Notes under the pieces: model-generated
Databases searched by the model: none
What the model was told of the DNA's origin: nothing
What the model saw: only the letters and a program-made list of their open reading frames with translations
Assembly (NCBI GenBank): GCA_964474085.1
Contig: CAYYRJ010000001.1
Location: 91,631-155,630, forward strand
Origin: an uncultured Planctomycetales bacterium
GTDB lineage: Bacteria > Omnitrophota > Gorgyraeia > Zapsychrales > JANLHA01
Length of the DNA: 64,000 nt
Direction of reading: 5' to 3'
Translations under genes and position numbers: made by a program
In this document: positions 37,614 to 46,218 of the stretch, one piece after another
Position numbering within the stretch: the first letter of the stretch is position 1
Layout: each line of letters begins with the position of its first letter

Positions 37614-39716
37614 TTAAGGACCCAGCATTTTTTTAAGTGTTTTAATTTCGTTTTTGATTCTTTCAATTTTTTCTTTTTGTATTTTGATCGTTTGTTCCTG
37701 ATCCTGTGATACCTTGGTCAAGACGGCAATAATGTCCATTGAGCTTAATGCTTGGCGGCCGTTTAAGGCCACAATTTCGGGAACGTCCTCGGCGATAAAA
37801 CCGGCTGTCGTCTGCCGGCTGGCTTTATAGTTAAACGTCATGGGATTGAGTTTTTCCAAGGTGTCTTCTGCCGTTTGAGAAGCAAGAGGAGTAATATTTT
37901 CTTTGGATTTTCGTGAGGAGCCATTGGTCCAAACGCCGCCAGCGCTTAGAAATGCATTGTTAGCATTTCCAAATTGCATGGCATATGTTCCATCCGTTGG
38001 GGTCGCTTTATTTACGCCAAGATACCCATTATTTTTTACGATAAAAACATCGCCGGAAGCGGTTCTTTTGATATTGATATAATCGTCAGCGGTTGCGTTA
38101 GCATTGATTTCCATGACACCGGAAGGGGATGTGTCCCTAATCCCAACTTTGGGGTTCCAGGGTTGGCCGCTAATTGTTCCGGGGGCGATGATAAAAGCAT
38201 CCGCTGTTGTGACAGAAACAGGAGTATCCGAATAGCCCCAGACAAAAGTCCTGTCGGCCACGGGGTTTAGGAATAACCGCAGTAACTGCATATTTTTTCC
38301 GCCGGCCCAGGAATAGTCACCAGCCGCAGTATTATCTGTGCCGCCCATAACCGTTGAGGAAACGCCGTTGGCGAAGTTTCGTTCTCCGCCGCCGCTGATC
38401 GAATAAGCACCGTTGGCGCTATTTTGTAATCCGCCGCCGATTGCAATGTAATGTCCTGTAAGGTTACTATTATTTTTTCCTCCTGAGATAGTTGAGTAAT
38501 CTCCGAGAGGAATATTACTTTGGCCGCCGGAAACGCGGGAATAATTACCTATTAATGGTGTAAAAACTCCAGGGGCAGGTTGTGCGCTTATCATGCTGCT
38601 GCTTCCTCCACCAATGCTTGCATATTGACCTGTGACAATATTGTTTTCTCCTCCTGAAACAACGGCATAGTCATCGCGCGCTTGATTATTTTTTCCGCCG
38701 CCGATGACAGCATAGCCGCTTGTCCCTCCCCCAACAAGGGGATTGATAGTATTATGTTCTCCGCCGTTGATATTTGAGTAGGGAGTTGAAACTGTATTTG
38801 ATACTCCGCCGCCAACGGTTGCGTAAATGACGCTTGTGGTATTGCTTTGTCCTCCGATGATAGTGGCGTAATCGGCATTTGCGATATTTGCTTGTCCGCC
38901 GGTGATTGTTGCATATTGGCCGCTTGCGGTATTGTTTGTCCCTCCAGTTATTGCAGAGTAATCACCGCTGGCCGTATTTGTTTGTCCTCCGATGACATTA
39001 GAATATTGACCGCTGGCCGTATTTGTGTCTCCGCCGCCGACGACTGAATAAGCGCCGCTGGCTGTTGAATCTTTTCCAAGCGCTGCAGAATAATTTCCGA
39101 TATTCGTATCATCCCATTGGACGCCGCTGACATAACCGGCACGAAAAGCCGCTTTGCGTGGATACCAGATCAAACGGCTGCCTGCGCTAATTCCATCCGG
39201 CAAGACAACGCCGCTGCCAAAAGTTCCCATGGCAATGATTCCGGCATCATTGGCAAGACTTAATTTGAATTCGGGTGTTTTAGTCCCGATGCCGACTTTG
39301 AGCGTTGTGTCCGTTACATAAATGTCGTCGTTGTTTTGGTCCCAGGCATCGCTGACAGATCCCCATTGGCCTGTTCCGCTATTATCGTGGCAATATAGAA
39401 GTAGATTACTTGAGTTGACATAAAGGGTTCCGATCGTGCAGGGATCTGTTAAGTCAACACTTCTGGGCAAAAGGCGCATTTGATCGTATTCACCGGACAA
39501 CGACGGATAATAGAGCGTCATCGTCATCTCCGAGGCTTGCAGACTTGTAGGCAGAATCAATAAAAACCCAAAGATGATTTTGAGAATTAATGCGATGTTC
39601 AAGTTTTTGTCATCCTGAGCGTAGCGAAGGATCTCCATTCCAGATTCTTCGGCCTTTGGCCTCAGAATGACGAGTATAGATAAAAACTTGCATATGACGT
39701 TATCTGGTTTTTTCAT
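37614..39716 (-). CDS. Secreted tail-fibre-like protein B (same architecture as A)
   Basis: Coordinates follow the ORF track. The first 36 or so codons (VILRPKAEESGMEILRYAQDDK) translate hairpin copy 39600-39690. The true start is probably near 39600-39640, just before the signal peptide LNIALILKIIFGFLLILPTSLQAS. Has the LYYPSLSGEYDQMRLLPR module, G/S/N repeats, and the S74-like tail SSRKSKENITPLASQTAEDTLEKLNPMTFNYK...AGFIAEDVPEIVA. Confidence 0.7.
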   Translation of the reverse strand: MKKPDNVICKFLSILVILRPKAEESGMEILRYAQDDKNLNIALILKIIFGFLLILPTSLQASEMTMTLYYPSLSGEYDQMRLLPRSVDLTDPCTIGTLYVNSSNLLLYCHDNSGTGQWGSVSDAWDQNNDDIYVTDTTLKVGIGTKTPEFKLSLANDAGIIAMGTFGSGVVLPDGISAGSRLIWYPRKAAFRAGYVSGVQWDDTNIGNYSAALGKDSTASGAYSVVGGGDTNTASGQYSNVIGGQTNTASGDYSAITGGTNNTASGQYATITGGQANIANADYATIIGGQSNTTSVIYATVGGGVSNTVSTPYSNINGGEHNTINPLVGGGTSGYAVIGGGKNNQARDDYAVVSGGENNIVTGQYASIGGGSSSMISAQPAPGVFTPLIGNYSRVSGGQSNIPLGDYSTISGGKNNSNLTGHYIAIGGGLQNSANGAYSISGGGERNFANGVSSTVMGGTDNTAAGDYSWAGGKNMQLLRLFLNPVADRTFVWGYSDTPVSVTTADAFIIAPGTISGQPWNPKVGIRDTSPSGVMEINANATADDYINIKRTASGDVFIVKNNGYLGVNKATPTDGTYAMQFGNANNAFLSAGGVWTNGSSRKSKENITPLASQTAEDTLEKLNPMTFNYKASRQTTAGFIAEDVPEIVALNGRQALSSMDIIAVLTKVSQDQEQTIKIQKEKIERIKNEIKTLKKMLGP
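39600..39690. repeat. Hairpin family H, copy 3 (inverted relative to 5785-5876), in the spacer between tail-fibre-like genes B and C
   Basis: caagttttt gtcatcctgagcgtagcgaaggatc-tccattcca-gattcttcggcctttggcctcagaatgac...aaaaacttg. Confidence 0.6.
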
Positions 39717-41665
39717 AAATTTTTTGAACGCACGTTAGACGGATTTTTAATTTGTGCTTTGTTTTTTAATTCTTCAAACTCTTTTAATAATTTATCTGTT
39801 TCATTTTTTTGTTGTTTGAGAATATCCTGTTGATGTGCGACGACTTTTGTCAGCAGCGCGGTAATGTCCATGGGTGATAAGCCGTCACGATTTTTGGTTG
39901 CAACAATATCCGGCACGTCCTCGGCAATAAAGCCAAGGTAGCGATGATCGGGTTCGTTTTTATAATTGTATTCAACGGGTTTAAGCCTTAAAAAAGCATA
40001 GAGCGCATCCGAAGAAGAAAGAGAGTTAATATTTTCTTTATATTCGCGGCTTGAGGCATTGACAAAGTTGCCGGCAGCTGAAACATAGGCGCCGTTGCCA
40101 AATTCCAATGGGTTTGTCGGAGCGCTTTGATTGACACCCACGAAACCATTATTTTTGATTTTTAATATGTTGCCGACAACTGCGGCGGATGTGCTGGTTA
40201 AATTTAGATAATCATCGGTGGAGCCATTCGTGTTGATTTCCAATAAGGCCGCAGGCGTAATGTCGCGGATACCCATCGAGCCCGAGTAAATGATCATTGC
40301 ATCTGAGGCAGCTATTGCCCCAATTGCGCCGGCAGAATAACCCCAAACAAAGGAATGGGCGCCCGAAACATTCATGTTTCTTCCGGCGGCGAGTGAGTAA
40401 CTTCCGTCGGCGGTATTACTTTGTCCTCCGGGCACAATGGCGTGATCGCCGCTGGCGGTATTTGAGTTTCCGCCAATAACTGTTGAAAAGTCGCCGCTGG
40501 CCGTATTTGAGAAGCCGCCGCTGTTTGTACAGTAGCCGTTTTGGCAGTTGGCTGTATTATTTTTCCCGCCGGATATTGTGGTATATTGACTCTCTGCGGT
40601 ATTGGTATCGCCGCCGGAAACCGTTGAGTAAGCTCCCGAAACCGTATTGGAATTTCCGCCGCTTATGACAGAATAAATATTGTAACCGGCATTGCTATAT
40701 CCGCCGGCAATTGTGCTGAAATCACAGGCTGCATCTATTATGTTGCCTTGTCCCCCAGAAATTGTGCTGTAATTTGCAAAAATATTATTTCCTTTTCCCC
40801 CAGAAATGGCTGAACCAGCTGAATTAATGTTGTTGAAAGTTCCGCCGGAAATCGTAGCATACTGACCGTTTGCCACATTGCTTTCCCCTCCGCCGATCAT
40901 GGAGATTCTTTCGTTGCTGGTATTATTTTTTCCAGAAGCTCGAGATCTAAAATTGGCGTTGTTGCCTGATCCGCCTAAGATTTGTGCTCCCCCGATTGCA
41001 ATATTGTTTTTTCCTCCAGCGATTGTCGCAGAGGTCCAATAAACCGTGGGAGCGAATTCGGAGTCTTTAGTTAAATTATTTTCACCTCCCCAAACGCTTG
41101 TCCCTTCGCCTTGAGCCGTGTTTCCAGAACCCATCGCCATCGAACTTGTGCCGATATTCGCATCGTCCCATTGATCGCCGTCAATATATCCGGCACGAAA
41201 AGCACCTTTAAGCGGATACCATATCAGCCGCGTTCCTGGGCCTGAAACGGGCAAAGCTGATGAAGTTGAGGCCAAGCCGTCGCTTAAAATTCCGCCATCG
41301 TTTTCTAATGTTAGTTTAAAGATTGGTGCCGTGGTTCCAATACCGATTTTTTTGTTCTCGGGAGTTGTTGTATCGGTCAAATAAAGATCGTTTCCGCTTA
41401 AAGTCCACGGTCCGGCAATGGGCGCAAACGCTGGCAGCCCAACGGTCGGGCCGCAAAAATAGGGAAGACTGTTGTCGTCAGAATTGGCATAGATCGTTCC
41501 TAAAAAACAATTGCTTGTGGCAAGTGCTGATTGGGGGGTTAAATGGATGCTTTCGTAACTTCCTGCGGGAGCCGGGTAGTAGGATGTGAAATTAAAGTTT
41601 TCTGCCAGAGTGCTTGTGGTAAGCACGAAGAAGAAAGTCAGGGATAAGAAGAGCGTTTTTTTCAT
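39713..41665 (-). CDS. Secreted tail-fibre-like protein C (same architecture as A and B)
   Basis: Signal peptide MKKTLFLSLTFFFVLTTSTLA. FTSYYPAPAGSYESIHLTPQ module, SGGxxNTASGxxS repeats, and the C-terminus SSREYKENINSLSSSDALYAFLRLKPVEYNYKNEPDHRYLGFIAEDVPDIVATKNRDGLSPMDITALLTKVV, a near-consensus S74 intramolecular chaperone. Confidence 0.75.
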   Translation of the reverse strand: MKKTLFLSLTFFFVLTTSTLAENFNFTSYYPAPAGSYESIHLTPQSALATSNCFLGTIYANSDDNSLPYFCGPTVGLPAFAPIAGPWTLSGNDLYLTDTTTPENKKIGIGTTAPIFKLTLENDGGILSDGLASTSSALPVSGPGTRLIWYPLKGAFRAGYIDGDQWDDANIGTSSMAMGSGNTAQGEGTSVWGGENNLTKDSEFAPTVYWTSATIAGGKNNIAIGGAQILGGSGNNANFRSRASGKNNTSNERISMIGGGESNVANGQYATISGGTFNNINSAGSAISGGKGNNIFANYSTISGGQGNIIDAACDFSTIAGGYSNAGYNIYSVISGGNSNTVSGAYSTVSGGDTNTAESQYTTISGGKNNTANCQNGYCTNSGGFSNTASGDFSTVIGGNSNTASGDHAIVPGGQSNTADGSYSLAAGRNMNVSGAHSFVWGYSAGAIGAIAASDAMIIYSGSMGIRDITPAALLEINTNGSTDDYLNLTSTSAAVVGNILKIKNNGFVGVNQSAPTNPLEFGNGAYVSAAGNFVNASSREYKENINSLSSSDALYAFLRLKPVEYNYKNEPDHRYLGFIAEDVPDIVATKNRDGLSPMDITALLTKVVAHQQDILKQQKNETDKLLKEFEELKNKAQIKNPSNVRSKNL

Positions 41666-41810
41666 GATCTACCTTTTTAGTGAAGCGTTGCAAAAGGTAA
41701 CAGAGCCAACAACGGGTTACATAAAATATATGTGATAATTCCATATTAAACAAGTCAGAAGGCTAAAAATTTAAAAAGCGCTTTCTTTGGAGGAAATATT
41801 AAAAATACGA

Positions 41811-41839
41811 TTGACAAACGTAAAGGGCTTAATTAAAGT
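41811..41839 (+). promoter_or_regulatory. Candidate promoter for the ACP-like gene
   Basis: TTGACA at 41811-41816, 17 nt, then TAAAGT. Confidence 0.3.
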
Positions 41840-41881
41840 ACATTTGTATTTATCGTTCTTATCCTAAAAATTGCGAGAGAG

Positions 41882-42157
41882 GTGAATATGGCAGATTCCG
41901 GCAAAGGTATCAACGTCGAAAAAGATATGCGTTCCCTTGTGGCTGAAATTCTTGAAACCGAACCCGATCAATTGGATCTTTCCGCAAAGTTTGTCAAAGA
42001 TTTAGGCATGGACTCGATGATGGCTTTAGAGATTCTCGCCGGCATCGAGAAAAAATACCGCATCGTGATCCCCGAGGAGATGCTTTCAAAATTTACCGAT
42101 CTTGCGGCTACCGTAGAAATTGTTACGGCAATCCTTGTTAAAAATAAAAAACTTTAG
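41882..42157 (+). CDS. Acyl carrier protein-like (phosphopantetheine-binding) protein
   Basis: 91 aa. DLGMDSMMALEILAGIE carries the conserved Ser within a DSL-like motif. No fab genes are adjacent. Confidence 0.6.
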   Translation: MNMADSGKGINVEKDMRSLVAEILETEPDQLDLSAKFVKDLGMDSMMALEILAGIEKKYRIVIPEEMLSKFTDLAATVEIVTAILVKNKKL

Positions 42158-42177
42158 TCAATTTCCAAAGAGGCTTT

Positions 42178-45100
42178 GTGTATTTTAAACGATTAGAAAT
42201 TTTTGGTTTTAAGTCTTTTGCTGACAAAACCACGCTTAATTTTGAGCCTGGCATTACTGCTGTCGTCGGGCCCAATGGGTGTGGGAAGAGCAATGTTTTT
42301 GATGCGATCCGCTGGGTTTTAGGCGAGCAAAGTGTCAAGGAATTGCGCGGTTCGGCGATGGAAGATGTGATCTTTAGCGGCACCGACAAAAAGCATGGGC
42401 TTGGTTTTGCGGAGGTCAGCGTCACGTTTTCTAATGAAGCGCGCGTTTTGCCGATTGATTATAATGAAGTCACTGTCACCCGTCGGCTGTTTCGTTCCGG
42501 CGAAAGCGAATATCTGATGAACCGAACACCCGTTCGGCTCAAGGATATTAATGAGCTTTTTATGGGGACCGGGATTGGCGCCGAGGCGTATTCGCTTGTA
42601 CAACAGGGCAAGGTCGATTTGGTTGTCAGCGCCCGCCCGGAGGAGCGCCGCTCGATTTTAGACGAAGCGTCCGGGATTACCAAATATAAAGCCAAACGCA
42701 AAGAAGCGTTAGGTAAACTCGCGGACACCGACCAAAACCTTTTGCGTATTAATGATATTGTCGTCGAGGTTAAACGCCAGATTTCTTCATTGGAACGTCA
42801 AGCCAACAAAGCCCGCAAATATAAAGAAGAATATGTCCGTCTTAAAGATTTAGAAGTCCAGTTGGCGCGTGTTCAATTAAATATGGCCGCACAGCAGCGT
42901 CAGGAGATTCTTTCTCGACTTGAGGAGTTTAAAAACAAAGAGGTTGCTTTAAGCCAGGAAGTTGCACAGTTTAACGATTTGCTTGAAGGTCAAAGCGGTC
43001 TTCTTGAGGAGTTGGAAGATAATATCAATCAGGTTAATGCCGATGCCATCAAGCTCGACGGACAAATTGATATCAGCAATCGCCAAATTGGTTTTAATGA
43101 AGAACGATTGACCAATATTGACGAGACGGCCAAACGTTTAGAAGAGAACAAAGTTGCTTTAAAAGAGCGTGCTCGTCTGCAAGAAGAAAAAATTTCTGAA
43201 GCAGCCGCAGTTTTGGCAACGTTAGATGAGGTTGTCGAAAAAAATCAGCAGATTTGTGAAGCGCGTCGGGCAGAATTGTCCTCTTTGGCGCAAGACGTGT
43301 CCGTCTCGCAGGCGATTGTTAAAGTTGAAGAAGAAAAAATCCTTGCCATAACATCCAGCCAGGTCCACATTAAAAATCAACTGACCGACGTGATGAAAGA
43401 AGTCCAAGGCGCTTTGGCGCGCAAACGCCGGTTGGAATTTGAAAATACAAAAGTGTTTGGCGAAAAGCAGCAAATTGATTTGAAGTTACAGTCGATTTCT
43501 CAGCAGCTTGTTTTTTCTTCTGCGCACCTCGAAGAATTAAATGCCCAGCTTGCCAATAATCAACAAGTCTTAGAACAAATTCAAGGCGATCTCAAAGCTT
43601 TGGATCAGCATATTGACGAGCTTGAAAAAAAGAGGCTATTTCTTAAGTCGCAAAAAGAATTTATTGAAAAGCTCTCTGTCCAGTATCAGGACATTCCTGA
43701 TCCGATTATTGAAGGCCGTATTATTACGACGTCTAAGCCGATGGAGCATCACAGCGGGCTAATCGGTAAGGTCAAGGAAGTTTTAGAAATGGACCCTGCA
43801 CGTGCTGCTGTGTTAGGCGGCAGTTTAGCAGCCGATGGACGGCCTTTATACGAAGTGATTTGCGAGGCTAAGTTTATTGAGCTAGATCCCCAACAGATTT
43901 CCGTGCAGATTGACGAACTTGGCCGTCAGTTAGACGAACAGATCAATCAAAAAGCTCAAGTCATGGCAAAGCTTGCCGAGCAGGAAATCGCGGTTAAGAA
44001 AAACCAATTTGAAATTCAGCAGCAGGAAAAAAGCTTTTCGATTTTTCAGTCGCAAAAAAACGATGTCGACAGTGAAGCCCAAAAGTTAAGCCAGGAGCTG
44101 GCGATTGTCGAATCCGAATTTCAGGAAGTCACGACCTCTTTGGCAAATTTAAAAATTTCCGAGGACGATTTAGTCGGTCAGCTTGATGTCCTCAATCAAG
44201 ATCTTGCTCTCAGTCAGATTAAGATTCGTGAAAATCAGGATGCGATAGCAGCTAAAGCCAATGAGCGTGAGCAGATCACCCTTTTAATTGCGCAGGCACA
44301 GAATGAAATGGCGTCTTTGCAAGCGACGAAAAACGGGCATTTTGAAAAAGTGAGTATGCTTAAAGAAACGCTCGCTTCCGCAATGGCAGAGCTGGCCCGT
44401 TTTGCTGCTCAAGCGCAAGAGCTCGACGGAAAAAAAGAGCAATACACTCGCGAAATTGTTATTTTGCAGGAAAAAATCGATTTGCTTAAAGAAGAAAAAA
44501 ATTCTTTGTCAGGTGTTTTGTCCGGTTATTCCCGTCAAAAAGAAGAAGTTGCCGCCCGTTTAAACAGTGCGCGTGCGAATATTAATTCATACAATCAACG
44601 GATTGACGCAATCAAAAACACTTTGCACCAGGAGCAAATGCAGGAGCAGGAAATCGTGTTTCAGGAAAAAGCGATCCGTGACCGGCTCATGCAATCGTAT
44701 AAGATTGACGTCGATCATTATGTTATGGAAGTTGTCGCCCCTGCGCCAGTAGCGCAAGGTGAGCCGGCGGAGGCTACCTCCATCGAATCAAGCCAACCAG
44801 CTCAAGGGACAAAATCTTTTGATATCAATGAGTTAAGTATTGAAATCGAACGCTTGCGCAAACGCTGCGACTCGTTTGGTTCGGTTAACCTTGTTGCTAT
44901 CGAAGAATTTGACCAGTTAAAGGAACGTTTTGAGTTTTTGACCAAACAGCAAAGTGATCTTTTGACCGCCAAGGATTCGCTGCATCAGACGATTACCAAG
45001 ATCAATCGCCAGACGAGACAGATGTTTATGGACACCTTTACGAAGGTCAGCGAAGAGTTCCGGATTTATTATCGAATGCTTTTTGGCGGCGGGGAAGCGC

Positions 45101-45513
45101 AACTGGTTCTTTTGGACCCGGAAAATGTTTTGGAATCCGGCATTGAAATTATTGCCCGGCCTCCTGGTAAAAAGTTGCAAAATATTTCGTTGCTCTCCGG
45201 TGGGGAAAAATCTTTGACCGCTATTGCCCTTATTTTTGGCGTTTTTAAAGTTAATCCAAGTCCGTTTTGTGTGCTAGACGAAATTGATGCCGCTCTTGAC
45301 GAATCTAATGTTGGGCGTTTCGGCTATTTGCTTAAAGATTTTGCTAAGATTGCCCAATTTATTGTGATTACGCACAACAAAAAAACTATGGCTTGCGCGG
45401 ATGTTCTTTACGGGATCACAATGCAGGAGACAGGTGTTTCAAAACTTGTTTCTGTTAAATTTAAGGATCAAGAAAAACCACTTGCTGTTGAAGAAGTTCC
45501 CTCCGAAGTTTAA
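42178..45513 (+). CDS. smc: Chromosome segregation protein SMC
   Basis: GTG start. Walker A FKSFADKTTLNFEPGITAVVGPNGCGKSN, long coiled coils, hinge, and the C-terminal signature LSGGEKSLTAIALIF plus Walker B. Confidence 0.9.
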   Translation: MYFKRLEIFGFKSFADKTTLNFEPGITAVVGPNGCGKSNVFDAIRWVLGEQSVKELRGSAMEDVIFSGTDKKHGLGFAEVSVTFSNEARVLPIDYNEVTVTRRLFRSGESEYLMNRTPVRLKDINELFMGTGIGAEAYSLVQQGKVDLVVSARPEERRSILDEASGITKYKAKRKEALGKLADTDQNLLRINDIVVEVKRQISSLERQANKARKYKEEYVRLKDLEVQLARVQLNMAAQQRQEILSRLEEFKNKEVALSQEVAQFNDLLEGQSGLLEELEDNINQVNADAIKLDGQIDISNRQIGFNEERLTNIDETAKRLEENKVALKERARLQEEKISEAAAVLATLDEVVEKNQQICEARRAELSSLAQDVSVSQAIVKVEEEKILAITSSQVHIKNQLTDVMKEVQGALARKRRLEFENTKVFGEKQQIDLKLQSISQQLVFSSAHLEELNAQLANNQQVLEQIQGDLKALDQHIDELEKKRLFLKSQKEFIEKLSVQYQDIPDPIIEGRIITTSKPMEHHSGLIGKVKEVLEMDPARAAVLGGSLAADGRPLYEVICEAKFIELDPQQISVQIDELGRQLDEQINQKAQVMAKLAEQEIAVKKNQFEIQQQEKSFSIFQSQKNDVDSEAQKLSQELAIVESEFQEVTTSLANLKISEDDLVGQLDVLNQDLALSQIKIRENQDAIAAKANEREQITLLIAQAQNEMASLQATKNGHFEKVSMLKETLASAMAELARFAAQAQELDGKKEQYTREIVILQEKIDLLKEEKNSLSGVLSGYSRQKEEVAARLNSARANINSYNQRIDAIKNTLHQEQMQEQEIVFQEKAIRDRLMQSYKIDVDHYVMEVVAPAPVAQGEPAEATSIESSQPAQGTKSFDINELSIEIERLRKRCDSFGSVNLVAIEEFDQLKERFEFLTKQQSDLLTAKDSLHQTITKINRQTRQMFMDTFTKVSEEFRIYYRMLFGGGEAQLVLLDPENVLESGIEIIARPPGKKLQNISLLSGGEKSLTAIALIFGVFKVNPSPFCVLDEIDAALDESNVGRFGYLLKDFAKIAQFIVITHNKKTMACADVLYGITMQETGVSKLVSVKFKDQEKPLAVEEVPSEV

Positions 45514-45581
45514 GTGTAAAACGTTTATTCTCAGCCATTTAGAGGCTTGCTGGATGGTTTGGTTGCGTGCGCGCTGTCAGC

Positions 45582-45609
45582 TTGACAGGGGAGAATAATA
45601 TGTTATACT
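45582..45609 (+). promoter_or_regulatory. Candidate sigma70-like promoter ahead of cvpA-dnaG-rpoD
   Basis: TTGACA at 45582-45587, a 16-nt spacer, then TATACT. Confidence 0.45.
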
Positions 45610-45638
45610 CTAAACATTCCAACGCATAAACATTGAAA

Positions 45639-46217
45639 ATGAGTGTAAATATTTTGACAAGTTTTAATTGGCTTGATTTGCTAATGATCATTGTCATGAT
45701 CGCTACCGTTTTTCGCGGAGTCGTTTGTGGCTTTGTCGTTGAATTATTCAAAATTTTCGGCGTGATTTTTGCGACGGTTTTTGCTTTGCATTTTTATGTT
45801 CGCGCGGCAGAGCAGCTGCAGCATCTGGTGTCTTTGCCAGTGAAAGCTAGTGAAATTTTAAGCTTCATTCTGATTGTCTCGGCAGTGATTTTGATTTTTA
45901 AGTTAATTCGTGAGGGTTGGCTGTTAGTATTAAAGAGTGAAGCTAAGGGCGGTTTTAGCCAGTGGGCGGGTGGTCTTGTTGCGATTTTTCGTTCATTTTT
46001 TGTTTGCGGTTTTTTGTTTTTTCTCATCTTCCTTTTTGGCAACGAAACATTAAACGCGTTTGCTGAAAAATCAGCAACTGGGATGTATCTTTGTGATCTT
46101 TCGCCGAAGGTTTATAAATTCTCTTACGAGGGGATATTGGAAAAATTTTTCCCCGAGGAAGAACTCAATAAGAAAGCTTTTAAAACGATTAAAATTGAAT
46201 CTGTTTTAAAGAAATAA
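45639..46217 (+). CDS. cvpA: CvpA family membrane protein
   Basis: FNWLDLLMIIVMIATVFRGVVCGFV matches the CvpA N-terminus. Four predicted TM helices. The track ORF starts at TTG 45633. Confidence 0.6.
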   Translation: MSVNILTSFNWLDLLMIIVMIATVFRGVVCGFVVELFKIFGVIFATVFALHFYVRAAEQLQHLVSLPVKASEILSFILIVSAVILIFKLIREGWLLVLKSEAKGGFSQWAGGLVAIFRSFFVCGFLFFLIFLFGNETLNAFAEKSATGMYLCDLSPKVYKFSYEGILEKFFPEEELNKKAFKTIKIESVLKK

Positions 46218-46218
46218 G

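Noticed and set aside
39636-39716. N-terminal 27-36 residues of tail-fibre-like gene B as real protein sequence
   Set aside because: This stretch (MKKPDNVICKFLSILVILRPKAEESGMEILRYAQDDKN) is the translation of the inverted hairpin element 39600-39690. The real signal peptide begins after it. My nucleotide-level position counting in this stretch was off by about one base, so I did not refine the start coordinate.
35536-41665. Possible prophage, because of the tail-fibre-like genes
   Set aside because: No capsid, portal, terminase, baseplate, tape-measure, integrase or lysis genes are in the window. All three genes have Sec signal peptides and chromosomal housekeeping neighbours. They are treated as cellular fibre proteins of phage ancestry.
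45401-45598. 65-aa ORF spanning the smc stop and the cvpA promoter region
   Set aside because: It overlaps the smc 3' end and an intergenic promoter. It has no RBS and no conserved features.
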